From: an uncultured Clostridia bacterium
GTDB lineage: Bacteria > Bacillota > Clostridia > Christensenellales > UBA1242
Assembly: GCA_934746185.1 (NCBI GenBank)
Contig: CAKVEY010000002.1
Span: 1-32,462, forward strand
Length of the DNA: 32,462 nucleotides
Reading direction: 5' to 3'
Part shown: positions 8,945-17,255 of the stretch, in pieces
Layout: each line of letters opens with the position of its first letter
How positions within the stretch are numbered: position 1 is the stretch's first letter
Made by a program: the position numbers and the translations under genes
Notes under the pieces: model-generated
Databases searched by the model: none
Seen by the model: the letters and a program-made list of their open reading frames with translations, nothing else
Told to the model about the DNA's origin: nothing

Positions 8945-9838
8945 TTATAATATCACAATTTCAAGTTCTAAATCAATATTCTTTTCATCTTTTATTTTAT
9001 TTTTAACAAAATCTATCAAATTAATTACATCATCAAAACTCGCGTTATTATAATTTATAATAAATCCTGCGTGCTTTTCGCTTATCATTGCTCCACCAAT
9101 AGTTTTTCCTTTTAACCCGAGTTCATCAATTAGTTTACTAATAATTACACCGTCAACTCTTTTAAACACACTTCCAGCACTAGGATAATCATAAGGTTGC
9201 TTACTTTTTCTTGTTTCAATAATTTCTTTTAACCTTTTTTCAATTTTTTCTTTACTATCCTTTTTGAGCAAAAATTCAGCACCTAAAACAACATAATTTG
9301 TATGATTTTTAAATTCACTTGTTCGATAAGAAAAAGTTAAATCGTTTTTGCGAGCTCTTATTAATTTTTTGCCGTTAAAATAATAAACTTTTGTTAAATT
9401 ATCACTAATAGATGCACCAAAAGCCCCACAATTTTGAACAACGCCACCACCAACGCTACCAGGAATTCCGTAAGTTCGCTCTAAACCAGATAAAGAATTT
9501 TCGCACAAAACTTCATTAAATTTAAAAAGTGAAACGCCACTTTCGGCATAAACTTTTTCGTTTTCCACATTAATTTTATTTAATTTTTTTAGTGATATAA
9601 CAACATCTTTGTCGCCATTAATCAAAACATTTGTTGCGTTGCCTAAAACAATAAAATTTATGTTATTTTTAGTTAAATATTTTAATAATTTAATGGCCAT
9701 TTTAATGCTAGACGGATAAAGCATAAAGTGAGCAACTCCACCTATTTTAAAACCAGAATACTCTTTTAAACTCGCTTCTAATTCTATGTTGTTTTTACCT
9801 AATATTTTATATAGTTTTATAATGTTTTTTAAATTCAT
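8945..9838 (-). CDS. murB: UDP-N-acetylenolpyruvoylglucosamine reductase
   Basis: 297 aa with an FAD-binding region (FKIGGVA, LGNATNVL), GIPGSVGG and the C-terminal SAGSVFK/GGAxISEKHAGFI motifs. AGGTGA SD is present. Confidence 0.92.
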   Translation of the reverse strand: MNLKNIIKLYKILGKNNIELEASLKEYSGFKIGGVAHFMLYPSSIKMAIKLLKYLTKNNINFIVLGNATNVLINGDKDVVISLKKLNKINVENEKVYAESGVSLFKFNEVLCENSLSGLERTYGIPGSVGGGVVQNCGAFGASISDNLTKVYYFNGKKLIRARKNDLTFSYRTSEFKNHTNYVVLGAEFLLKKDSKEKIEKRLKEIIETRKSKQPYDYPSAGSVFKRVDGVIISKLIDELGLKGKTIGGAMISEKHAGFIINYNNASFDDVINLIDFVKNKIKDEKNIDLELEIVIL

Positions 9839-9845
9839 ACTTCAC

Positions 9846-10919
9846 CTAGTTTAAATATTTTAAGATTTCATTTTTGTTATCTTTTAAATTGTAAAAATAA
9901 TCTTCTAAACTGTTTTTTATATTTTTTAGAGTAACATTAGAATAAAACACATTTATTGTTTTTAATGGTTTTAATAGCGTTTTATTAAACTCTTTATAAC
10001 TATCATCGGTGTAAATGTTTTTGTTTAAAACAGAAAACATACCAATATTGCTTAAATTGTCCTGCACATTATCGCTCACTAAATATTCTAAAAATTTTTG
10101 TGATATTTGTTCAGTTTTTGCGTTTGACTTAAAAATTCCACCATAAACGATTAAATCGGTGTAACCACCAAGATTGATATAATTACACTGCATTTTTAAA
10201 TTGTTTTCCCTATTTTTGCATCTAAAAAAATCTCTTTGAGTTCCAAGCAAACTATTGTAATTTTCGTGAATAAATTTATCGTAGGCATCAAAACTATTAA
10301 CACTAATATCACTATTTACTTTTGGTGCTAAATTATTTACAAAAAGACTAAATAGTGGAATGTTATAATCTTCACGAGAATAAATAAGCGAACTACTTAA
10401 AATATCTTGCGTATTTGTTGAAGATAATTTTTCTTTGTTTGTTATTAATGAATAACCACCAAGCATTATAGGAAGAGCTTTAATTTTTTTATCAATAATA
10501 GACGATTTTATAAGGTCATCTCTTATATTATATTGCGAACTAATTGATACTAAATCGTTTACTATGTAATCGCCTGTTCCAATTCCAAAAGTTATAATAG
10601 ATGGTTTTTTATTAGATTTTAAATTTAACTCTAATTGCTCTAAGGTTATGTTTTTAACTAAAATTAAAACTCCTTTGTGCTTTTTTTCAAACTCCACACA
10701 CCTATTTTCTATAAAAGTTGTTCGACTAACACTCCCACCTTCAAAAGTATCTACATTCCATAGTTCAATAACGCCGTTATATTCAAACTTGTATTCACTA
10801 TTTAGGTTATAATTTAACGAATTTATTTTAGTAAAAAGTGGATAAGGTGCAATTATTAAAAAAGTAAGCAAAATAATTGTAATTAAAATCTTAAAGAAAT
10901 TTTTGCGTAAAAAAATCAT
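9846..10919 (-). CDS. Membrane-anchored extracytoplasmic protein, function unknown (weak resemblance to solute-binding proteins)
   Basis: 357 aa with a single N-terminal hydrophobic helix (ILITIILLTFLIIAPYPLF). The C-terminal part (AKTEQISQKFLEYLVSDNVQDNL) recalls the tails of ABC substrate-binding proteins. It ends 7 nt upstream of murB. Confidence 0.7.
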   Translation of the reverse strand: MIFLRKNFFKILITIILLTFLIIAPYPLFTKINSLNYNLNSEYKFEYNGVIELWNVDTFEGGSVSRTTFIENRCVEFEKKHKGVLILVKNITLEQLELNLKSNKKPSIITFGIGTGDYIVNDLVSISSQYNIRDDLIKSSIIDKKIKALPIMLGGYSLITNKEKLSSTNTQDILSSSLIYSREDYNIPLFSLFVNNLAPKVNSDISVNSFDAYDKFIHENYNSLLGTQRDFFRCKNRENNLKMQCNYINLGGYTDLIVYGGIFKSNAKTEQISQKFLEYLVSDNVQDNLSNIGMFSVLNKNIYTDDSYKEFNKTLLKPLKTINVFYSNVTLKNIKNSLEDYFYNLKDNKNEILKYLN

Positions 10920-10957
10920 ATTAAATTTTATTCATTAATATGATTTTATATGTTTAT

Positions 10958-12766
10958 TTAATTAAAATGTTTAATAATCTGCAAAGCTAAATTTTCGTTA
11001 ATACCTTTCAATTTAGTTAAATCTTCTATTTTTGCATTTTTTATATTATCAATCGTTTTAAATTTATTAAATATTAATTTTGCTTTTGTTTCGCCAATTC
11101 CTTCAATATCTAAAAGCCTGCTTTTAAGTTCGCTCTTGTTTCTTAAATTTCGGTGAAAAGTAATTGCAAATCTATGACTTTCATCTCTTACTCTTTGCAA
11201 AAGTTGTAAACTATAATCATTTCTTTTTAAAACTACGGGAATAGGACTATTTTCTTTAAAAATTTCTTCTTCTTTTTTTGCTAGCGAAATCAATTCAATC
11301 TCATCATCAAACTCCCTTAAAATTTTGCTTGCACTAGAAAGTTGCCCCTTGCCACCATCAATCAAAATTAAATTAGGTTTTTGCGAAAAACTTTCGTCAG
11401 TACCTTTTTTAAGCTCGGTCATTCTTCTTTTAATAACTTCACTCATACTTCTAAAATCATCAGGGCCTTCAAAACTAGTTATTCTAAATTTTCGATAGTG
11501 GCTTTTTAAAGGTTCACCATTTACAAAAACAACCATACTAGCAACTTTGTTAGTGCCCGAAATATTAGAAATATCATAACCTTCTATTCTAAAAGGCGTT
11601 TGTTTTAAATTTAGTTTTGTTTGAAGATTTTTGCAAGCGTTAATTGTTCGCTCTTGTTTTAAGTTTTCTAAATTCAAACTTTTTTCTAAATATTCTTTTG
11701 CATTGCTATTTGCCACATTTTGTAGAGTTTTTTTAGTTCCTTTTATGGCTTTAACAATATTAACTTTTTTATCAAAATTTTTAATAAAAAACTCTTCTAA
11801 AACACTTTCATTTTCAAAATAATCTGGCACGACAATTTCATTTGGTAATAATTTATTGTTTAAATAATATTGCACAAAAAAGTTTGTTATATCACTTTCT
11901 ACAATTAATTTATTAATCAAATTAAAACTTTCCATACCTATCATTTTGCCGTTACGAATAATTAACACGCATAAACACGCATTGTTATTTAAGTAATAAC
12001 TTCCAACAACATCTATATTTAATTTTTTAGCAAATTGAGTAGTGTATTTATTGTTTATTTTCTCTAACATTTCAATTTGATTTTTATAATTTATTGCACT
12101 TTCAAAATTTTCTAAATTAGCTGAATTAATCATTTTTTTTGTTAAAATCTCTTTAACTTTAACTGTATCTCCATTTAAAAAATCTATAACATCATCAACT
12201 ATTTTATTATAATCTTCAACAGATATTCGATTAGTGCAAGGCGCAGAACACTCCCCTAAACTATATTTTAAACACTCTCGCTTTTCAGGTTTTTTCAAAC
12301 TTAAATTGCAACTTCTAAGTGGATACGCATATTTTACTATATCCATAACACTATGAGCTGAAATTCCGTTAAAATATGGTCCAAAATATTTAACATTTTT
12401 TTTAAAATCGACTTTTCTTGTAAGTTCAAGTTTAGGAAAATCTTTGTTTAAATCTAACTTTAAATACGCAAAATTCTTGCCGTCTTTTAACAAAATGTTA
12501 TAATGTGGCTGATATTTTTTTATTAAGTTATTTTCAAGCATTAAAGCATCATATTCGCTATTAGTTAAAATATAATCAAAATTCTTAATGTTTTCAACAA
12601 GAAGTGTTGTTTTTAAGTTTTTTTCTCTACTATCAAAATACTGATTAACTCTACGCTTTAAATTTTTTGCTTTACCCACATAAATAACGTTATTGTTACT
12701 ATCTTTCATTAAATAAACGCCACTAGATGACGGCAAATTATTTAGCTTCTCTTTTAAATTAACCAT
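10958..12766 (-). CDS. uvrC: Excinuclease ABC subunit C
   Basis: 602 aa with an N-terminal GIY-YIG domain (GVYLMKD...VIYVGKAKNLKRRVNQY), a central UvrC region and a C-terminal (HhH)2 domain. Confidence 0.95.
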   Translation of the reverse strand: MVNLKEKLNNLPSSSGVYLMKDSNNNVIYVGKAKNLKRRVNQYFDSREKNLKTTLLVENIKNFDYILTNSEYDALMLENNLIKKYQPHYNILLKDGKNFAYLKLDLNKDFPKLELTRKVDFKKNVKYFGPYFNGISAHSVMDIVKYAYPLRSCNLSLKKPEKRECLKYSLGECSAPCTNRISVEDYNKIVDDVIDFLNGDTVKVKEILTKKMINSANLENFESAINYKNQIEMLEKINNKYTTQFAKKLNIDVVGSYYLNNNACLCVLIIRNGKMIGMESFNLINKLIVESDITNFFVQYYLNNKLLPNEIVVPDYFENESVLEEFFIKNFDKKVNIVKAIKGTKKTLQNVANSNAKEYLEKSLNLENLKQERTINACKNLQTKLNLKQTPFRIEGYDISNISGTNKVASMVVFVNGEPLKSHYRKFRITSFEGPDDFRSMSEVIKRRMTELKKGTDESFSQKPNLILIDGGKGQLSSASKILREFDDEIELISLAKKEEEIFKENSPIPVVLKRNDYSLQLLQRVRDESHRFAITFHRNLRNKSELKSRLLDIEGIGETKAKLIFNKFKTIDNIKNAKIEDLTKLKGINENLALQIIKHFN

Positions 12767-12783
12767 ATTTTTATTATATCACA
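12767..12783 (-). promoter_or_regulatory. Extended -10 promoter placed 6 nt from the uvrC ATG (candidate leaderless start)
   Basis: The minus strand reads TTGTGATATAAT-aaaaat-ATG, the same 12-mer and spacing as upstream of dnaE. There is no SD. Confidence 0.5.
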
Positions 12784-12821
12784 AAATTATTAAACTCAAC
12801 CAAATTAAATATCTAATTTTA

Positions 12822-12850
12822 TTGATTTTTTGTTGCGAATTTGCTAACAT
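12822..12850 (+). promoter_or_regulatory. Candidate promoter TTGATT-17-TAACAT ending 7 nt before the XRE gene ATG (leaderless geometry)
   Basis: The hexamers are at 12822-12827 and 12845-12850 and the ATG at 12858. No SD is present. Confidence 0.4.
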
Positions 12851-12857
12851 TTAATAT

Positions 12858-13064
12858 ATGATAAATGATTTTTGTGAAAGACTAAAAGAGATTAGAACTA
12901 AAAATAAAATTACATTAAGGCAATTAGCACAAGCGCTTAATGTAAATTTTTCTACTATTTCACGCTGGGAAAATGGTGAAATCACTCCATCTATTGATTA
13001 TTTAAAACAAATATGCGATTATTTTGATATATCAGCAGATTATTTATTAGGTAGAATTGATTAA
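12858..13064 (+). CDS. Small XRE-family helix-turn-helix transcriptional regulator
   Basis: 68 aa with an HTH_3-like LRQLAQALNVNFSTISRWENG segment and a C-terminal SADYLLG. It is followed by a strong terminator. Confidence 0.85.
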   Translation: MINDFCERLKEIRTKNKITLRQLAQALNVNFSTISRWENGEITPSIDYLKQICDYFDISADYLLGRID

Positions 13065-13095
13065 AAAAGTGCTTAAAGCACTTTTTTGTTTTTTA
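13063..13095. terminator. Rho-independent terminator after the XRE gene
   Basis: Hairpin AAAAGTGC-ttaaa-GCACTTTT is followed by a T-rich run. Confidence 0.75.
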
Positions 13096-13210
13096 AAATT
13101 TTGTTATTTTTAAATTGCATTTTATTTAATTAAACACTTATTGCATATTTTTACAAATTAAAATGTAACTTAAATAATAAACTCTTTTTACTTTAACTAA
13201 ATAATATGTA

Positions 13211-13597
13211 TTACATCATTAAATAATTAACGCCAGTTAGTAAACAATCATTTATTTGTTTGTCGGCAATAGAATAGTAGATTATTTTCCCATCTCTACG
13301 AAATTTTACTGCCCCAACACTTTTAAGTAGTTTTAATTGATGACTAACTGTTGTTTGATTTAACTTTAAAATTCTAGAAATATCATTTACACATAATTCG
13401 CTAACCGAAAGTGCCGAAATGATTTTTATTCTAGTTTCATCGCTAAACATACTAAAAAATTCGGCAAGCAAGCGTAAAGATTTTTCTTCGGGCAAATAAT
13501 ATTTAATATCATTTACAATTTTATCATCGGCTTTAATGTTGTTATTACAATTATTATTTCCTTCTTCTAAATTGTATATTTTATTCAAATTAACCAT
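13211..13597 (-). CDS. ArsR/SmtB-family winged-helix transcriptional repressor
   Basis: 128 aa with the core FSDETRIKIISAL...ELCVNDISRILKLNQTTVSHQLKLLK...YYS. GGAGG SD is present and a TGaTATAAT box lies upstream. Confidence 0.87.
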   Translation of the reverse strand: MVNLNKIYNLEEGNNNCNNNIKADDKIVNDIKYYLPEEKSLRLLAEFFSMFSDETRIKIISALSVSELCVNDISRILKLNQTTVSHQLKLLKSVGAVKFRRDGKIIYYSIADKQINDCLLTGVNYLMM

Positions 13598-13663
13598 AAT
13601 TTAACCTCCACAAACATTATATCAAAAATTATAAATATGGGAATATTAGCACATTTACTAATT

Positions 13664-13692
13664 TTGTTGCATAAATAGTTTTATAGTAATAT
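13664..13692 (+). promoter_or_regulatory. Candidate promoter TTGTTG-17-TAATAT for the small peptide gene, preceded by an inverted repeat ATTAG-N8-CTAAT (13645-13662)
   Basis: The hexamer spacing was read directly from the sequence. The inverted repeat abuts the -35 and is a possible ArsR operator, but it is short. Confidence 0.35.
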
Positions 13693-13712
13693 TTTGTCAA
13701 AAGGAGGCAAAT

Positions 13713-13901
13713 ATGATTTATTCGCAAGATGTCTTACTTATTTTACTATTATCAATTTTAACAAGTGCAGGTAATATCGACTTAAACACTAACACTAACT
13801 TCTTACTTCTACTTTTATTAACTTTATCTAATAGTAATACAGGCTGTCCTACAAATACTTGTTCTAGTTGTAGTAGGAGATACGCAGGATTTACAATATA
13901 A
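13713..13901 (+). CDS. 62-aa peptide with a hydrophobic Leu-rich body and a Cys/Ser/Thr-rich tail, function unknown
   Basis: A perfect AAAGGAGG SD lies 5 nt before the ATG. The gene has its own promoter candidate and a downstream hairpin terminator. The tail reads GCPTNTCSSCSRRYAGFTI. Confidence 0.55.
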   Translation: MIYSQDVLLILLLSILTSAGNIDLNTNTNFLLLLLLTLSNSNTGCPTNTCSSCSRRYAGFTI

Positions 13902-13912
13902 CTTTATCATCA

Positions 13913-13962
13913 AAAAAAGAACGCTTTAAAGAGATTTATTCTTATTATTAAAGCGTTTTTTC
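13913..13962 (+). terminator. Terminator after the small peptide gene
   Basis: A 10-bp stem AACGCTTTAA/TTAAAGCGTT with an 18-nt loop is followed by TTTTT. Confidence 0.6.
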
Positions 13963-13981
13963 TATAAAAATAAAATTAGTA

Positions 13982-14010
13982 TTGACATTACTATAAAAAA
14001 GCGTTAAACT
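13982..14010 (+). promoter_or_regulatory. Candidate promoter TTGACA-17-TAAACT for the 14030 gene
   Basis: The hexamers are at 13982-13987 and 14005-14010. AAGGAG SD follows. Confidence 0.5.
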
Positions 14011-14029
14011 TATTTAATAAGGAGATTAT

Positions 14030-14491
14030 ATGAAATTAAACGAAGAAATTAAACAAATTAGCCAAAAAGACTTAACAAATTTAAATGGTGAAGAGTTAAA
14101 AAATTATAGCGTACAATTAATGAATCTAACTACAAGTGCAGACGCTAATGCAAACAAATGGAAAAAGATTTATCAAATTGTAGGTGGGATTATATCTTTG
14201 GTTGCCACACTTTTAATTGTTTGTGCTATTTTTAGTTATCGACGAACTTTGAATACAACAGTAATGACAATATCCTATGTTTTTGCCGGAATATTATTAA
14301 TGTCAACTTATGTATTAAAATTCTTTTATAAAAAAGCAACAAGCGATAGTGAAAAAATGAAAAGAATTTACAGTTTAAAATTAGTTGAAATTAATAACCA
14401 AATTGCAAAAAATGCAACAAAAAATTCTAACAACGCAGTAAACAATTCTAACAACGAAACAGTCGCAGAAACCCCAGCCGAAAACAAATAG
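14030..14491 (+). CDS. Membrane protein with two predicted TM helices, function unknown
   Basis: 153 aa with an SD. Hydrophobic segments are IVGGIISLVATLLIVCAIF and VMTISYVFAGILLMSTYVL. The tail is Asn-rich. Confidence 0.72.
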   Translation: MKLNEEIKQISQKDLTNLNGEELKNYSVQLMNLTTSADANANKWKKIYQIVGGIISLVATLLIVCAIFSYRRTLNTTVMTISYVFAGILLMSTYVLKFFYKKATSDSEKMKRIYSLKLVEINNQIAKNATKNSNNAVNNSNNETVAETPAENK

Positions 14492-14521
14492 AATTAAATT
14501 AAAAAACTAATTGTTAAAACA

Positions 14522-14546
14522 AGAAGTGCCAAATGGCACTTTTTTA
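14522..14546 (+). terminator. Rho-independent terminator
   Basis: Hairpin AAGTGCC-aaat-GGCACTT is followed by TTTTT. Confidence 0.8.
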
Positions 14547-14645
14547 TTTACTTACTTTTAAAATATATAATTTATAAGGTTTAAAGTTATTATATTAATT
14601 AGTAGTTTTTAAAATATTTATAAAATACGAATTACTTAACAAGCA

Positions 14646-14682
14646 ACAAAAAATATCTTGACAATTTCAAGATATTTTTTTA
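14646..14682. terminator. Bidirectional hairpin terminator downstream of prfA
   Basis: A 13-bp stem AAAAATATCTTGA/TCAAGATATTTTT with a 5-nt loop has T-runs on both strands. Confidence 0.65.
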
Positions 14683-14725
14683 TGGTTATATAAGATTGTT
14701 TTTCAATAAGTTATATAAATCGTAA

Positions 14726-15793
14726 TTAATTTAATCCTTGTTCTAATTTTGCTTTTTGGTCAGCGATAGTTAAAGCATCTATCAACTCGTCCATATCACC
14801 ATTTAAAAACTCTGTTAAAGCGTAAACTGTGTAATTTATTCTATGGTCAGTTAATCTGCCTTGTGGATAGTTATATGTCCTAATTCGTTCGCTTCTATCC
14901 CCTGTTCCTATTTGTGTTCGACGATTTTGAGCATATTTTTCGTCTTGTTCAGTTTTATATTTATCATATAATTTTGTTTTTAAAATAGATAATGCTGTTT
15001 CTTTATTTTGAATTTGGCTTCTTTGGTCTTGACAGAAAACAACAATGCCTGTTGGAATATGTGTTACTCTTATAGCACTTTCAGTTTTATTAATATGTTG
15101 ACCACCTGCACCACTGCTACGGCAAGTATCAATTTTTAAATCTTTTTCATCAAGTGTTACATCAACATCTTGTGCTTCTGGAAGTACTGCAACTGTAATA
15201 GTTGAAGTATGAACTCTACCTTGTGTTTCTGTATCTGGAACTCTTTGAACACGGTGAACACCACTTTCAAACTTAAAGCGGGAATAAACGCCATTACCTG
15301 AAATTTTAAAAGTTGCTTCTTTAACTCCACCAAGTTCAGTGTCATTTAATTCATAAATTTCAACTTTAAATCTTTTTCTTTCAGCATATTTCATATACAT
15401 ACGCATAATTTCTGCACCAAATAACGCTGCTTCGTCACCACCAGCGCCACTACGAATTTCTACAATTACGTTTTTATCATCGTTTTCATCTTTTGGAAGT
15501 AAAAGGATTTTGATTTCTTCTTCAAGTTTAGATATTTTATCTTTACTCTCTAAAATTTCGGCTTCTAAAAACTCTTTCATTTCGCCACTTTCAACTTCAA
15601 GCATACTTTCGGCATCTTTTAAGTTATCAGTAACTTTTTTATATTCGTTATATTTTTCAACAATAGGTTCTAGGTTTTTTTGTTCTTTTGCTAACTTTAC
15701 ATATTCTTTATTATCATTTAAAACTTCTGGGCTCATAAGTTTTGCACTTACTTCTTCATACCTATTTTTAATGTTTTGCAATTTATCTAACAT
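14726..15793 (-). CDS. prfA: Peptide chain release factor 1
   Basis: 355 aa with the GGQ motif (SGAGGQHINKT) and an RF1-type RVQRVPxTE(S/T)QGR tripeptide region. Confidence 0.95.
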   Translation of the reverse strand: MLDKLQNIKNRYEEVSAKLMSPEVLNDNKEYVKLAKEQKNLEPIVEKYNEYKKVTDNLKDAESMLEVESGEMKEFLEAEILESKDKISKLEEEIKILLLPKDENDDKNVIVEIRSGAGGDEAALFGAEIMRMYMKYAERKRFKVEIYELNDTELGGVKEATFKISGNGVYSRFKFESGVHRVQRVPDTETQGRVHTSTITVAVLPEAQDVDVTLDEKDLKIDTCRSSGAGGQHINKTESAIRVTHIPTGIVVFCQDQRSQIQNKETALSILKTKLYDKYKTEQDEKYAQNRRTQIGTGDRSERIRTYNYPQGRLTDHRINYTVYALTEFLNGDMDELIDALTIADQKAKLEQGLN

Positions 15794-15796
15794 ATT

Positions 15797-16606
15797 TTAC
15801 TCCTTTTTTATTTTTATAACTCTGTCTAAATTATTATAATCTTTAATTAATGTTACATCTTTATATTTTTGCTTAAATAAATTTATTAAATTGCCTTGAT
15901 TATAACCGATTTCTAGCAAACATACGCCGTTTTCGTTTAAAAATTTATCTAAATTATCAAATATAATTTTGTAAAATTTTAAACCATCTTCTCCACCGTC
16001 TAACGATATAATTGGGTCAAAATTTTTAACTTCATCATCTAAGTTTTTAACAACATTAGTTTCTATATATGGTGGATTACAAATAATTAAGTCGTATCTA
16101 CCATTTATATTATTAAACATATCAGTTTGTACGAAATTTGCTTGTAAATTCAACTTTTTAGCGTTAATTTTGCTTACTTTTAAGGCTTTTTTACTAATAT
16201 CAGCAAGTGTTAAGTCTGTTTCTTTCCTATTATTTTTAATAGAAAGTCCTAAACAACCACTTCCACAACATAAATCTAAGCAAGAATTAAATTTTTCTTT
16301 CAATGCCGTTTCCACCAAAATTTCGCTATCGAACCTTGGAGTTAAAACAAAATTATTAACATAAAATTCTAAACCGAAAAAATATGCTTTTTTAAATATT
16401 TTTTGATATGGAATTTTTGTTTTTAAATGTTGTTTTACTATCTTTTTTATTTTATAAACTTCAAAAATCGAAAAATCTAAAAATTTAACTTCTAAAATAT
16501 TAGTTTTACATATTTCACTTAAACAATAATCAATTTCATTTATATTAGGATTATTATAATAATTATATAATTTAATTAATTCTTTTTTTAAATCGTTATA
16601 TTTCAT
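15797..16606 (-). CDS. prmC: Release-factor glutamine N5-methyltransferase
   Basis: 269 aa with a SAM-binding LDLCCGSGCLG motif and the catalytic NPPY (ICNPPYI). It ends 3 nt upstream of the prfA start. Confidence 0.88.
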   Translation of the reverse strand: MKYNDLKKELIKLYNYYNNPNINEIDYCLSEICKTNILEVKFLDFSIFEVYKIKKIVKQHLKTKIPYQKIFKKAYFFGLEFYVNNFVLTPRFDSEILVETALKEKFNSCLDLCCGSGCLGLSIKNNRKETDLTLADISKKALKVSKINAKKLNLQANFVQTDMFNNINGRYDLIICNPPYIETNVVKNLDDEVKNFDPIISLDGGEDGLKFYKIIFDNLDKFLNENGVCLLEIGYNQGNLINLFKQKYKDVTLIKDYNNLDRVIKIKKE

Positions 16607-16646
16607 AATTAAAAAAATAAGAACACAGACTTACTCTATGTTCCTA
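16607..16646 (-). terminator. Hairpin plus T7 run between rpmE and prmC (terminator or attenuator-like)
   Basis: The minus strand reads AGGAACA-(11 nt)-TGTTCTT-A-TTTTTTT-AATT-ATG(prmC). The stem is 7 bp including one G-U pair. Confidence 0.35.
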
Positions 16647-16733
16647 CTTTTTGCTTATAGTTAAAAATTTTTGAGTAAAATTTACCAGCACAAAGCATAG
16701 AACACAGCAAAATCTGTGCCTAGTAAACCTTAC

Positions 16734-16940
16734 CTATTCCATATTAAATTTTTTCTTAAATTTATCAACTCTACCACTAGAATCTACCATTTTTCTTTTA
16801 CCTGTATAGAAAGGATGACATTTGTTACAAATTTCTACTCTAACAACGTCGCCATTTACTGTAGATTTAGTTTTAAAAGTTTCTCCACAAGCGCAGATAA
16901 CTTCAACTTCGTGATAATTTGGATGAATACCTTCTTTCAT
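16734..16940 (-). CDS. rpmE: 50S ribosomal protein L31 (Zn-ribbon, C+ type)
   Basis: 68 aa reading [12 protein letters not shown]...CACGE...[20 protein letters not shown] is present. Confidence 0.95.
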   Translation of the reverse strand: MKEGIHPNYHEVEVICACGETFKTKSTVNGDVVRVEICNKCHPFYTGKRKMVDSSGRVDKFKKKFNME

Positions 16941-16970
16941 TTTCGCACCCCTTTTTTTGTAATACGATTT

Positions 16971-16999
16971 ATTATATTATAAAAAGAAAATATTGTCAA
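16971..16999 (-). promoter_or_regulatory. Consensus promoter TTGACA-17-TATAAT for rpmE
   Basis: The reverse complement of 16994-16999 is TTGACA and that of 16971-16976 is TATAAT. The spacer is exactly 17 nt. Confidence 0.6.
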
Positions 17000-17012
17000 C
17001 TATTTTTAAAAA

Positions 17013-17234
17013 TTATTTTATAACTTTAACAACAAAGTTGCAAAAGTCGTCTAAACTCATTTTTTGCATAACAACAATGTTAAAAGCTACGCTAGGTTTA
17101 ACTAAATGGTCGCCATAAAGCATACGCTTTAAGTTCCACTTAGAAATTAGTGCCTTTTTACTATACTCTTCTAGCGATAATTTGTTTTTTTTAATAAAAT
17201 TTTCAACTATATTATATTTTACTTTAACTTCCAT
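17013..17234 (-). CDS. Small HTH (XRE/Cro-like) protein, divergent partner of the 17326 gene
   Basis: I prefer the ATG at 17234 (MEVKVKYNIVENFIKK...) because AAGGAG lies 6 nt upstream. The longer track ORF (to 17276) would start inside the promoter/operator. The HTH-like segment is LSLEEYSKKALISKWNLKRML. Confidence 0.6.
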   Translation of the reverse strand: MEVKVKYNIVENFIKKNKLSLEEYSKKALISKWNLKRMLYGDHLVKPSVAFNIVVMQKMSLDDFCNFVVKVIK

Positions 17235-17255
17235 AATTTTCTCCTTAATACAATC

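Noticed and set aside
13713-13901. Calling the 62-aa peptide a lanthipeptide/RiPP precursor or a metallothionein
   Set aside because: No modification enzyme, protease or transporter gene lies nearby, and the peptide has only 3 Cys. It is kept as an unexplained small gene rather than assigned to a class.
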